64,000 bases of DNA from a virus, in the IMG/VR virus record IMGVR_UViG_3300030451_005868, positions 18,669 to 82,668 of that record; one strand, given 5' to 3'. Within the stretch, counting starts at the first letter, position 1, and each line of letters begins with the position of its first letter. Below the pieces are notes generated by a model. It worked only from the letters and a program-made list of their open reading frames with translations, was not told the origin of the DNA and searched no databases. A program made the translations under genes and the position numbers. Positions 41,201 through 51,100 of the stretch are shown in pieces.

Positions 41201-44200
41201 CTACCATACCTGCCTTGCCAGGTGCTTTTGAACTTACTGCCAGTATGTCTCCGTTGTCGTTGGCCGCTAATGCATGACCAAATCTTTTATTACTGGCTGG
41301 ATCATCTGAACTGATTGTTAAGTTTTGTGTCCATGTGTCGTACGTAGATCCATCAGATCCTACACCCCATTCATACATGTACACTGCTCCAGTGTCTGTG
41401 GATATACCTGGTGCAGACACAAACAAATATTTCACAGGAGTGCTTCTAATAGAATCTATTGTTGGCTCACATATTTTGTGTGCCCATCCAAAATTTTGAC
41501 TTGCTTCATCTGTGGGTGGTAATAATGTGTTAAGTGCTGAATATGTAAAACGAGTAGGATCCCAAACAAAAATTTCAATAAGGCCTGCATCAGCAAATCT
41601 TGTGCTACCATCAGAGCCTATGCTGTTGGCAAAAGGCGCACCTGCTACCACAAAGTTTTCATCTGTACTCATAGTCAGACTGTAACCAAGTCTACCTGTG
41701 TTGTCATTACCAGCAGTTGTGGTCACTGTGGACTGTGTCTGAAATTCAGTGCCAGCGGATGCAGTACGCCTGAATAAAAAGTGTATTTCGCCTTGGCCTT
41801 TTTTAGGAGCAGAAACCACTGCTGTCCTTCCGTCGTTTCTAGCAACTATTTGTGTGCCAAAATCTTGTTGCGTTGTAGTAGTATCTGGTGAAAGTTGTCT
41901 AAACACACTGTAGGCGTTTTGTTTTTCGTATACTCTCCATAGTCCTGTACTGTCTGCATCAGTGAATACTTTGTCTCCGGGAGTATCTAATGCATCATTC
42001 CTATTACGCCAAACATTGTAGGCAATGTTGTCATTGACATTGTCCATTGAATCCATTCTTACAGAAATAAATTTGTATAAACTACCGTATAGATCTGCAG
42101 TGGACTCGTCAGCAAGAGTAGGCACGCCAGCAAGATCTCCATCAAAATCAATAATAACTGACTTGTGATTCACAACAGTTTTGACTTTATATACACCGTT
42201 AAGGTCTGGAATCTGAGCGTTGATTATTGCAAAGAAACTGGCTTCGGTTCTGTTAGTCTGCGCTGACAATCCATGAGAATCATTGAACGTTATAATTATT
42301 TCTAAATTATCATTTATTTTTTGCACAGTTACAATCTGAACTCCTGCACTTGATAGCCGCAATACGTCCCAATCTTTATTTGATTTGTTTGCCACCCAGA
42401 CCAGATCATTCCGTGTAATTGTGCTCACATCTAAATTCACTAAGTCAATTTCGTTAAATGCAGTCAGTTGCACTTGCGCTGGTTGAACATATCCTGCAGT
42501 TTTTAATTTTTGTACAGAGTCTCTGCTAACACCTTGTGTGTCATAATTGTATTTGCTGAAAGTGGTTGCAGTATCATAATCAACTGGATCATGATAAAAA
42601 TCTGTTTTGCTAATACCTAAACTTCTAGCGTAATCTTTTGTAAAATTTGTAGTGCCGTAAAATTCTAAACTTTGTGGATTTGCTAAGATTTCATTTTCAT
42701 TTAGAGTAATTTGAATATTTTCTCTGGCATCAACATTTCCAAATCTTCCTGTTCTAATCATCCACTCGGGATACATGTTCAAGGTAATATCTTGATCTTC
42801 GTATTTGGCTTTTAACAATTTATCAATTGCATTCTGCGTGCCTTTTTCTCTGATATAACCTTGATAAAATTTATACTGTGATACATCATTTACAAATAAA
42901 TTTTCTAAATAATCTCTGCTTTGATAACCAATAAGTCTTTGTGCAAGTTCTTGCTGAGACTCGTCAAAATTATTTGTTTCTAAATTATAAAAGTCGTTAA
43001 ACTGCTGTATCTTGTAATCAAAATTTGGTATCAATTGTGGTTGAGGTTTTTCATCCTTCAATGTCCAATTACTTGCTTCGAATTGATCTGTGCTGGTGTG
43101 ATTGCTTTTGGCCACATAAAACTTACCAGAATATTCAACAGTGTCTCCAATTTTGTAATCTTTGTTGCGTGACCAGTATTTTACTTCTGCACTATCAAAT
43201 ACAAATCCAGGAGCGTAGTAATCACCATTCCAATTTGACGTTTTCCATCCAACTAATTTCAATCTTTCTTGTCTAAAGCCTGTGTAAGGATCATATATCA
43301 CATCACTAAACACAGTTTTGTTATCAAATAGTAATAAATGTTCTTTCTGAACTGTGTTCAGAGATATATTATATAAACCAACGTCAGGCGATTTAATGTT
43401 GAGATCAAATGTTTTTCCTATACGCTTAGTTGATACTTCTCTAATGTCAAGTTTTCTGCCTCCAGCATCCAACATAGAATAATCGCCGGCAATGTTTTTC
43501 AGCCTGCCTACAATAGTGTTGTTGGTGTCAAGTTCAAAACCATCAGCGGCCGGAGACACTGTAACTGCACTTCCTGGCGCCCAATTCTGTTCGGTCCAGT
43601 ATAAAAATTCACTGACTGCGTTTCTCCAATTCAGTGTTTCTTTAATTTCTTTGCTGTATTTGTTGAAACGAAATCCCTGTTGTTCTAAATAATACCCATG
43701 CCCTAACAAGAAGTCAGCCACATCCTGTCTAGTTTCAAACACATATCCATACGGAATAGTTTGCACATCTTGTTGATAGTTGTCGTACACAGCCACTTCT
43801 GCATCAATTACACTAACTTTTTTCGCTGTCAACGTTTTAATAGGATAATTGAATTTGAAGAATGGTTTAGTAGTTGAATAACCTAAAATTTTATAACCGC
43901 CTAACAATGTTGATCCGTCGCTGGATACGTCTGTGTTTTTTTCTATTAAAACACCTGAATAATCAAATGTTTCCACAGGATTGGAAGTTCTAAATAAAAT
44001 TTTGTAGTTCTCATCTGGAATAAATTTTGAGCCTGAAGTTGAACCAGGTGACACTGAATCTGTCAAGACTTTTAAATTGTCTTTGTCTGAAAAGCCTCCC
44101 AACTTGTATGCCAACTGTGTTTTTAGTCCTTTACACTTGTCATAAAAGAATGTTTTTGGATCTAAATTTTGCGATGTTAGATATCCAACCACTAGAGGTT

Positions 44201-47200
44201 GATATCCCGCAGTTGCATATCTGGTCACTGTGCCTGTTGTGTTGTCAGTTTCAGTCTCAAGATGGTACTTGGCTTTAGCGAGATTTTGTCTTACACCTGT
44301 GTCTTTATCTATGTAATTGTTGGCAGTGTTTAAAGTTAATCTACTGTTATCAAAAAATACTGAGAAAAATTTAGCAGGTTTTGTTAAGGCCAAAGTTTTT
44401 ACGACAGTATACGGATAAGCACTGGATCTACGCCAGGCTGTTTCTGCCGGTGCTTGATCACCAAATTTCCAACTTGATCTTCGACCAGGCACATCATAAT
44501 CTTCAACAAGTCCAGCCGCTATAGGATCTAACAGATTTCCTGATGTATCAACTGGCAAATAATTTTTTATATCAGGTTTTCCATATCTACCAGATTCGTT
44601 TGCTATCGCACTCCACAACACATCATTGCCTGCTGTGTATGGTGCGGCACCATACGTGCTGTCCCAGTCACTTGGTTTTTCACTGTGACCCAAAATCTCC
44701 CATGGACGTAAATGCGGAGCATCTGTGTCGTAAAAATATTGATATATGCCTCTCCAATACCCTGGCAGTTTTTCATTATTGAGTCTGTCAGTGGAGTTGC
44801 TGTAATTGTAAGTGAAAGGCGAACCTTCTGTGAACACAGTGTTGTTGATGTATTGCACATTGTTTCTACCTGCCCATACATAAAAGTCAGTGGCCATTAT
44901 GTCATCTATTTCACTTCTAGTGAATTCTGTTGACGTAAATGCACTTGGTTTAACATCGTTGATGTCTAATATGGAAGCGTCATAGGCAGTTTTACAGTTG
45001 TTGTAAATTCTTTTTTCTAATTCAAGAATTAAATCATCTCTTTCATCGCCATATGCTTTTATAATAGATCCATCATGCCTTCTAATCACATCGGTGGTTG
45101 TCAAATAAGTGTCATCAGAAAATAATTCTGGTTTGAATTTAGGATACATTCCTAATTTAGTAGGAGTAGGTGGAATAAAACTGCCAGTTGTGTCTGCATA
45201 GTCTTTGATAATAATTTTGTCTCCGTCTGTCAATGTGGCTGATATGTTAATACTATCGTCTGTGGTACTAAACGTGTAATCGTTGCCTTCAAGCAGTTGG
45301 ACGTCGTTAAGATAAACATACACAGCACGGTTGCTAAGTTCAGTGAGACTATGCTGTTTGTCAATTGCATACTCTGTTTCTAAATCATCACGCACAGTGT
45401 ATGTTCTTGTCGAAACATTTTCTCCATATCCTGCCATGTCTTCATAATAAAAAGGTGAACCAGAATTTTGTCCTTCACTAATTGCTGAAATTATTTCATC
45501 AACCCTATCACGCACGACTCCTTCATATGCAGTGCCTAGTGCTTTGGTTAAAAAACTGCTATACCATTGCTCATATTTTTTACTAGTGTATTCAATTGAT
45601 CTGATCACATTGGCTTTTTGATCAATTAAACCAAAAACGGCTGGCAACAATGATCCTTGATGTTGTAATATTTTTCCGCCTTTTAATCTTGCTTCTGGTT
45701 TGTCTCTTAGATTTGACACACCAGGCACAACCCCTGTTACATCTGAATTTTTGTCTTGAATATCTTGCACATGTTTGGAAATTTGTCCAAGAGTAAATGT
45801 GCCTAGTTGTGTATTTTCAGCATTGATTTCCAAGTTACTTGCAATTTCATAAATGCCTTTTGTATCAACCTTGTCTTCAGCACTATATCCACTCAGTCGA
45901 ATTTGATCTCCCACTTCTAATTCGTCCACAAATCTTACAAATTTGTTTACAGTTCCATCAACAATAGTAAAGTCAGTATCAATACTTTTGTTTACACCGT
46001 TCACTTTGACCGAAATGTCTAGATCAGAAATGTCAATACTGTTGGCATAAAAATCAATTGGAAACAATCTTTTTTCAACACTTGTGGCTTCGAATGTTCT
46101 AATCACTCTCTGTTTACTTTCCGCCAAGCGTTCTATCCATGCACTTCGAGAATTATGTGATGTCAGGCTAGTTGTATAATGCAAGTGCCCTTCGGCCAAA
46201 CTTTTTGTTACAGTTTTTTTATCGCTTTTATAAGTGAATGTGCCATTGGTATGGTCACTGTCAAACACAATGTCTCCCACATTGTTGATAGTTTGATACT
46301 TAACTTTGATGCCAAGGACAGTATCTTCTGTTGCACTGTCACTTGTGGCATATTCAAAAACTTTTGCACCAGCGAATGAACTGTTTGGATAAGTTGTTGC
46401 ATCATCAAAACTCACATGATTGTTATCCCACATGCCAAACAAAGGTTGTTGATTGACTTGAGATTTGTGTTGTGCTTCTTTCCAAGATGTACTAGAACTA
46501 TCATAGTAAAAAGTTTTTCCAATATTTTTTGTGCCAAATTCTACAAAAACTGAGTCTCCGTCGGCTGGTGTACCGTCTGTGGCCTTTGTCAGTGCAATCA
46601 CCTTACTACTGTCAGAGGCAGTGATAAAATTAACCACATAAATGTTGTTCTTGACAAGATTATCTGTGTCAGCCGTGAATATTACTCTGTCTCCTTCTTC
46701 CAATTCAATACCATCAACTGTGTATCCTGTCTGGTTAACCACTGTACTAAAAGCATCTGTGGTCACTGTGTCTATCACTTTCAAAGGATCTTTGGCCACT
46801 GTGCCATGATTGTAAAGTGCTAGGCCAGAGTCAAATTCTATGATTGGTCTCTTTGCTCTATCTGTTTCGTTTAGGTTTGCAGTGTATCCTTCAATCCGTG
46901 CTACTTCTTCTATAATTGATCTATGAAACCATCTGTTGTATCTTGACCACGCATTCCTATCGATAGAATCTCGCTTGATTGTGATGTAATCTAGTGTTTC
47001 AGGTCTGTGTAAGGCTTTAGCATAAGGCTGTTGATCAAATAGAAAACTATCATAACCAACTGTAAATTCTTCAGCGTAACTTCCAGGGTTGATTAATTTG
47101 CTAACATCTGTGAGAGTAATTTTGTCTCCCACACCTTCCACATAATATTCTTTGTTTTGATATTCGGTATCAACTTTTGCATTGGCAAATTTAATTTTCA

Positions 47201-48152
47201 TTCCATTTGATAAATCCAGTGTTCTTAGGCTATAATTTGTTGCTCCAATAATTTCTTTATCTGGCTTAATTTTATCAGTGCTCTGTACTGTGGCAATTTC
47301 CAATGATCCGTTCATGGCATCATGCACACCACATTGATAAAATAAGAAGTTAGGGCCAGTAGTGGGCACAGTAAAGGTCACAGTTCCATAATCTGTTCCG
47401 TTGTTGGTAACTCCTGTGTCGTATATTGTTGACGTTGATCCATCTGCTGAAATCTTGTCTTTGTAAGGTTCAGTCATAATCCAAAAAGGATGACCTTTTG
47501 CGTCTACATTAAATTTGTATGTGTTACCTCTATACAGTTTCAATATTGGATTATTAGTCCCGTCTTGCACACTGAAATTGTATGCTCCTTTAACCACATT
47601 GGTAACTTTTATTTCGATTGTGGCACCAGGTCCAACTGAGTCAATTTCTAAAGCACTAGGCCCTTCTGGCAACCAATAGTATTCTCTGTAATTGATAAGT
47701 TTATCATAATCAATAGCAGGATTCCAACTGTAAACTTTTGCCTTGTTAAGTCTATCATGATTGTTAGTTTTTCCACCAAAGTATTTGATTTGATTAATGT
47801 AATCGTCATAGGTGCCTGTAAATTCAACTTGATCTTCTGGATTGATAGAAGTTGTATCATTCAAAGAATAAGTGACAGCAGGCTCTAACTGATATGCCAA
47901 TCTATCTCTACTTGTCGCTGATAGGTATTTGTCCGACGCCTTTCTAGTGTATGCATCTTGTTTTCCAATAAATGCATCAAGTCTCTCCAAAGATCCTTTT
48001 TGCATCAAAGCATCCATAGTGCTCGCTAAGAATCGTTCATTAGCGTCTGTTCTATAAAATGCTGGTAGATGTTGAACAGTTCTACGTAGTTCCGCAGTGC
48101 CCTGTGTTACAACTTCCTGATTTGTTAGTGAATTAGTGGGTGCGTCTGCCAT
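35217..48152 (-). CDS. Giant 4311-aa virion protein (baseplate wedge/receptor-binding-like)
   Basis: Directly follows the gp6-like gene; has a cupredoxin-like motif, seven FG-GAP-like repeats, YINEVKPFHSKIR and GDGSTTxF repeats. Confidence 0.8.
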   Translation of the reverse strand: MADAPTNSLTNQEVVTQGTAELRRTVQHLPAFYRTDANERFLASTMDALMQKGSLERLDAFIGKQDAYTRKASDKYLSATSRDRLAYQLEPAVTYSLNDTTSINPEDQVEFTGTYDDYINQIKYFGGKTNNHDRLNKAKVYSWNPAIDYDKLINYREYYWLPEGPSALEIDSVGPGATIEIKVTNVVKGAYNFSVQDGTNNPILKLYRGNTYKFNVDAKGHPFWIMTEPYKDKISADGSTSTIYDTGVTNNGTDYGTVTFTVPTTGPNFLFYQCGVHDAMNGSLEIATVQSTDKIKPDKEIIGATNYSLRTLDLSNGMKIKFANAKVDTEYQNKEYYVEGVGDKITLTDVSKLINPGSYAEEFTVGYDSFLFDQQPYAKALHRPETLDYITIKRDSIDRNAWSRYNRWFHRSIIEEVARIEGYTANLNETDRAKRPIIEFDSGLALYNHGTVAKDPLKVIDTVTTDAFSTVVNQTGYTVDGIELEEGDRVIFTADTDNLVKNNIYVVNFITASDSSKVIALTKATDGTPADGDSVFVEFGTKNIGKTFYYDSSSTSWKEAQHKSQVNQQPLFGMWDNNHVSFDDATTYPNSSFAGAKVFEYATSDSATEDTVLGIKVKYQTINNVGDIVFDSDHTNGTFTYKSDKKTVTKSLAEGHLHYTTSLTSHNSRSAWIERLAESKQRVIRTFEATSVEKRLFPIDFYANSIDISDLDISVKVNGVNKSIDTDFTIVDGTVNKFVRFVDELEVGDQIRLSGYSAEDKVDTKGIYEIASNLEINAENTQLGTFTLGQISKHVQDIQDKNSDVTGVVPGVSNLRDKPEARLKGGKILQHQGSLLPAVFGLIDQKANVIRSIEYTSKKYEQWYSSFLTKALGTAYEGVVRDRVDEIISAISEGQNSGSPFYYEDMAGYGENVSTRTYTVRDDLETEYAIDKQHSLTELSNRAVYVYLNDVQLLEGNDYTFSTTDDSINISATLTDGDKIIIKDYADTTGSFIPPTPTKLGMYPKFKPELFSDDTYLTTTDVIRRHDGSIIKAYGDERDDLILELEKRIYNNCKTAYDASILDINDVKPSAFTSTEFTRSEIDDIMATDFYVWAGRNNVQYINNTVFTEGSPFTYNYSNSTDRLNNEKLPGYWRGIYQYFYDTDAPHLRPWEILGHSEKPSDWDSTYGAAPYTAGNDVLWSAIANESGRYGKPDIKNYLPVDTSGNLLDPIAAGLVEDYDVPGRRSSWKFGDQAPAETAWRRSSAYPYTVVKTLALTKPAKFFSVFFDNSRLTLNTANNYIDKDTGVRQNLAKAKYHLETETDNTTGTVTRYATAGYQPLVVGYLTSQNLDPKTFFYDKCKGLKTQLAYKLGGFSDKDNLKVLTDSVSPGSTSGSKFIPDENYKILFRTSNPVETFDYSGVLIEKNTDVSSDGSTLLGGYKILGYSTTKPFFKFNYPIKTLTAKKVSVIDAEVAVYDNYQQDVQTIPYGYVFETRQDVADFLLGHGYYLEQQGFRFNKYSKEIKETLNWRNAVSEFLYWTEQNWAPGSAVTVSPAADGFELDTNNTIVGRLKNIAGDYSMLDAGGRKLDIREVSTKRIGKTFDLNIKSPDVGLYNISLNTVQKEHLLLFDNKTVFSDVIYDPYTGFRQERLKLVGWKTSNWNGDYYAPGFVFDSAEVKYWSRNKDYKIGDTVEYSGKFYVAKSNHTSTDQFEASNWTLKDEKPQPQLIPNFDYKIQQFNDFYNLETNNFDESQQELAQRLIGYQSRDYLENLFVNDVSQYKFYQGYIREKGTQNAIDKLLKAKYEDQDITLNMYPEWMIRTGRFGNVDARENIQITLNENEILANPQSLEFYGTTNFTKDYARSLGISKTDFYHDPVDYDTATTFSKYNYDTQGVSRDSVQKLKTAGYVQPAQVQLTAFNEIDLVNLDVSTITRNDLVWVANKSNKDWDVLRLSSAGVQIVTVQKINDNLEIIITFNDSHGLSAQTNRTEASFFAIINAQIPDLNGVYKVKTVVNHKSVIIDFDGDLAGVPTLADESTADLYGSLYKFISVRMDSMDNVNDNIAYNVWRNRNDALDTPGDKVFTDADSTGLWRVYEKQNAYSVFRQLSPDTTTTQQDFGTQIVARNDGRTAVVSAPKKGQGEIHFLFRRTASAGTEFQTQSTVTTTAGNDNTGRLGYSLTMSTDENFVVAGAPFANSIGSDGSTRFADAGLIEIFVWDPTRFTYSALNTLLPPTDEASQNFGWAHKICEPTIDSIRSTPVKYLFVSAPGISTDTGAVYMYEWGVGSDGSTYDTWTQNLTISSDDPASNKRFGHALAANDNGDILAVSSKAPGKAGMVEIFTRTSQSNDDSVDHSFTLVQTLSAVSSDGSSVNTQFGDSIAMSKDGTTLMITAPGLDVGNQADAGAVYYYKWDADGDSTLAYTLQQTINAPDGQINNKFGSSIDINDDATRLVIGAENNGNSRQMLFDLDATTFDLQDTRFVDSNTGSGGAYTATKYNTKFIIDERLVTTSVSANDDFGRGVCVIDNSVFVGAPDDEGNVGSDGSSLVADDGTVTIFDANKSGEYAWKNITTETPLMDVSKLGQTFDFNVNTKQIRDFYELYNPVQGRIPGIADREIQYKTTWDPAVYNFGANANRQTPWAEKHIGEVWWDLSKVKWLWYEQDTQEYKTNHWGQTFPGSQIHVYQWVESTVPPSRYQQLGTGGIPLHADDSNLTIKDRYNGRLDRTIRYYYYWVRDDNAIPLNSVVGRKNTVAFVKNLIENPQRQGHKWFAPTDTNKMLLANVRGLSNDTIKLNIDIRTNNSDASAHSVWKLVKEGDPAQRPSTQVEQRWWDSLVGKNIEGDMVPDINLPLNERYGNEIRPRQSWYVNRYNALKEIIDYSNTVLKKIQLTGPIKLDNLNKADPEPTAASLEWDAVVDTHVELSYINTADLSGAVKYLVKADETANNFWSIYTWDGTQFNRTKLQGFNTGAYWSYVDWYGTDPEVHEMIHDENTPIDAQVTYEYELDSLDLAVGKHVKVTQGDTGGWKLFMKTAKGYTNVGTENGTIRLSTKLYDYTQDATGFAGEDNFDDNFFDQEPTKETRNILTALRDDLFINELAVEYNNLFFIGLRKVLQEQTYVDWLFKTSFINVTNTVRKLDQRKSYTAGTDSWVESYINEVKPFHSKIREYKLGYESTDTQDGIFSDFDNPPFYDSAESKIRNLNVTSDSDKLTEYPHQIWYDNHKKYVTSITVSYSGTGYETAPTVTVLGGTTASTGPFQIQGNSNRGATSGTYGYYYPLFTSERLAKTWDTQNNGGSGTATEFSFDEYEGTFWMPDATTNTGQSSRSTVYKMYETPDTTAATATATVVDGRVTKITLVSNGKNYTTTPTVVLTGGKNDGTTPSDTARAYANLQNDLVRDIDTTIKFDRVHPVHAVVDWAINTSYAYGQLIRYNNELYKATDHFTSNTKFNDNIGKVYKIRGDETGLTAADRTAGFYTPGSGMPGNELSQLMAGVDYGGTMVTGLLFRQGQGWDNADWYDYPWDNFGDTRVKAFIADGSTNTYTFTTAPAKSDVYSVYTTLGDSTRTKLSDVFRGDGSTTSFQLSTTPDENALVEFIPIDDDGVLTPTDDRTLDTLLKGGLFNTALGTAASDILTDGDQFVSPETSYAPEEAVPGQMFDTVDIKVYTSPESGVPFITENLYTGDAVTTTFALGDFPGSLASVTVSVDGTVKRLTTDYTVDVGDKTITFGSAPGLGKAISVRTFAVSGENYRVLDQYRGDGSTTTFTTSTRGEFNLDSTASDIYVTIDGGPTTLFSTTTTANTITVTFDSAPAANAFVQIAGFNKSTTSTRSFASIRNELITFNSAITRYTLSFPPGAIGPLSGLTMIEVGGKMLRGPDISYYVGDGTTTRYGFNPLTGLGEDSTFTNTLGEDSTIDPVKTITDPSQIVVHVNGVKQVQNTDYVVDLAGTILTADETDTVDTTLVTTDVAGSPDRISFVTAPAQNDLIAISTLVDNHYTVDGTDVILEPAQISSDGYSLSSGDVINVTTFNNALGMKLRREVLEGKTNNVFKLRFDTLNPSYTFAWFNGEQLTPGTGFTVSGNTLTVLNKTSITSSDRLDVMYFAVESAIGATGFRIFKDMLNRTFYKRINKNATTKIAQDVTDESIVIQVEDGTVLPEPNAANNIPGVIFVDKERIEYFTKSGDTLGQLRRGTLGTGIKDHSSGTAVVDASGTQTIPYTDTVYTNTFTGDGSTATFNLSQTPASASELDIFIGGQRLLLTSEDGSTINYSVDGSTAAVTLSTAPAADTQVKILHKRGQVWYTAADGNPADGKGLQASSTVQARFIADEPTNAPE

Positions 48153-51100
48153 TAGTATCCTGATCCACTACTGCCTGAACTTGAACTAGATCCAGAACTT
48201 GTTGTAGTAGAGCCTGACACTGCTGATCCTGACACTGATCCTGATGAAGTGCTTGTAGTATTTGACGATGTTGATGTCACCACTGAACCTGATGCAACCA
48301 ATTGATTGGCACCTACAGCAGAAATAATCGAAACATCATCAACGGTGGCCCCACTGATAAAAATCTCGTCTGCGGCTGAATCTATTTGGAACAAAGACCC
48401 AAAACCTTGTCCAGATTGATTTGGTACTATCAACAGTGTTAGCAAATCAGGTGCCAACTGCTGGTGTACATACGCCGCTAGTTCTGTAAAATAAAAACTG
48501 TCTCCAAAATCCCAATTATCCAAAGCAAAAAATTCATTTATGGCCGCAATAATCCTTGTTTTAATTACAGCATCAGATGTTTTTGTAACTGGATTTTTGA
48601 CAATTTTGAAGGTTGCTTGTAAATTTTCTTCCGCTCTAGTACCAAATAAAATTTTGTATTTTACAGGATGATATATTATTTGATCTGACAAACTTTTTAT
48701 TTTGTCTAATGATGAGGAATAATTGATACGTAACTGATCTCCGGTGGCTGGAGTTGGTTCTGTGCCACCATCCTGTAACCAAATACGGTATAGATTGTCA
48801 TATGATCTTTCCAACAAGTATAGATCAATTATGTTAGACACTGCTGGATCAATACGTGTTTCTTGGCCAGCATGATGTTTGTATTGGAAATTAATACCTG
48901 ATCTACCACGTCTAGCAATATAATCAGTTGATGTTGTTAATGTGTTAGTAGTCGAACTGTATTTTTTAACAACATCTTCTTCTTGATCATAAAAATAAAA
49001 AAGTTGTCCATCTGTATATGCAGTTGTGCTAAGATTTATGTCTGTTTCATTTTCTGACACAATAAAATTTGTTGCCGCGTAAGGTCTAAATCTCTCAATG
49101 TTGTTGTAACTTAAATATTTTTCAAAAAACACAAATTTGTTTGTGATAGAAGTATCAGGTTCAACAAAAATATCAAACAGTTCAGGATTGTCTACAACTC
49201 CGTCGTCGTCACTGTCATAAAATCCAATTTTGATTTTTCTGTTGTCTTGAAATCCATCTGATTCCGTCACTGTGTCAGTAACTGCCCATGTTAATGGATA
49301 TCCAATTGAATTTCCTGTGCTGACAATACTGTTTGTAGAAAGTATTTTTATTGTGTCATATACTACATTACCAGTTTTGTAATCATAAATTTTGTCTTGC
49401 GTGTCATAATGAAATTTATTTTGTCCTTCAGACTCAAACACATACTCAAGACTTCGATATGTCACCGTGTAGGTACTTCCGTCGTTAGTAAGTTTAAACC
49501 ACCAACTAGCGTCTAAGTTACCATCTGACTCATCTCCTGTGTTTGCTAAACTAAAAATATTGCTGGCACTCAGATTAGTGCTGGTAATAACTTTCCAAGT
49601 TTCAGTATCTATATCGTATCTTAAACCAAAATCTTCATATGCTTCAATACGATCGATAATGTTGTCTTTCAATATGTTATTGAATGTTGTGGTTAAATTT
49701 GGAATCACACTGTTTACTACACTTCCATTTGGAATAATTTGCGCCAATGTAACAGGGCCTTCACCAGATTCCAAATTTCCTACTCCTGCATTGGCTCCGT
49801 CCCCTTCGACAGCACCAATTTTTGCCCATGCTCTATCTTCTGCATTTTCTGTGCCTGCCGTTACAAGAATATCATTCAAAAATTCTCTGGTGTCAGGTGA
49901 TGTAAATTTAACCAAAGCACCAGGTTTTGCAAATTTAAAGTTTGAAGTGGCTTGATCGCCAATCGCCAAAGCACCACCTGATGTGAAATATCCTGTGTTA
50001 GTATTAGTGCTCGTGGTTGTGGAGTTCCATGTTGCATTTAGACTAGATAAATCTTTACTTGCATATTTCAAATAATAAAAATGTCTCGAGTAAGGATTTT
50101 TAATTTTTGCTTCAATGTCTGCTGTAATTGTTTCATTTATTGAATTTCTATTATTAAAACTAAATGTAAATTGTTGCGTTGACTCTTCTCTGTAAATTAA
50201 TCCATCATCAGCAAACACATTAACATTAGAATAAGCACCAGTTGGATCCAAAATTTCTTTGGCTCTTGATATGCCTGATGCTGATCTATTAACTGATCTC
50301 ACTTTAATAATTTCTTGTGATGCGTTCAACGGTGCGATTTGATAGTCTTCACCAGTGATCATTCTATTTTGTGTGTAATATACCTGTGCGGCTTTTGTTC
50401 GAATTGAACTGTTGGACTCTGATGCCGCTCCATTGAACACACTATTTTTCAAACTCATAGTTACAGTCAATGTTTGTTGTGATCCATTTAGGTCAATGTA
50501 AGGTACATTTATTTGGACATTTTGTATATCAGAAGGTTGTATGGCAAACTTGGCATTATCACTCTGTCTGTAGTATGTTCTAAATCTACCCAACGGAATG
50601 TTACTGAAGTTTCCGTCCCCAAACACAAGGTCAATTGTGTCTGATGCTTTGGTCACAACATTGTAAATGTTTCTTTCACCTTTGCTAAGACTGTTATAAA
50701 TGGCATTGTTACCTGATAGTGCAGGCACCTGTTTCCATTGTGCAATAAATTGTCCAAATTCATTTACACTGTACAACCAAACGTCTGAATTGTTGATGTT
50801 AGAGGCTGTGATATTTTTTACATAATTTGTAGTAGCAAACGGCACATTGAAATCTTCATAAGAGATTGTACCCTGTTTGAATAGAAAGAAAAATCCTGTA
50901 TTGTTTGAACTGTCGCCGGACCCGTCGTTACGATAACAATATGTTAAACCAGTTCCATTAACTGGTGCAGATTCATAAATTGATTCTGAGTCTGTGATTG
51001 TTGACGGAACAATTTCAAAATTTCTTGTTGGGCCACCAATTGAAGCACTAAAATTAAATATTGGCAAATCCAATTGATTTGAGGCCAGTGTATAAATGTC

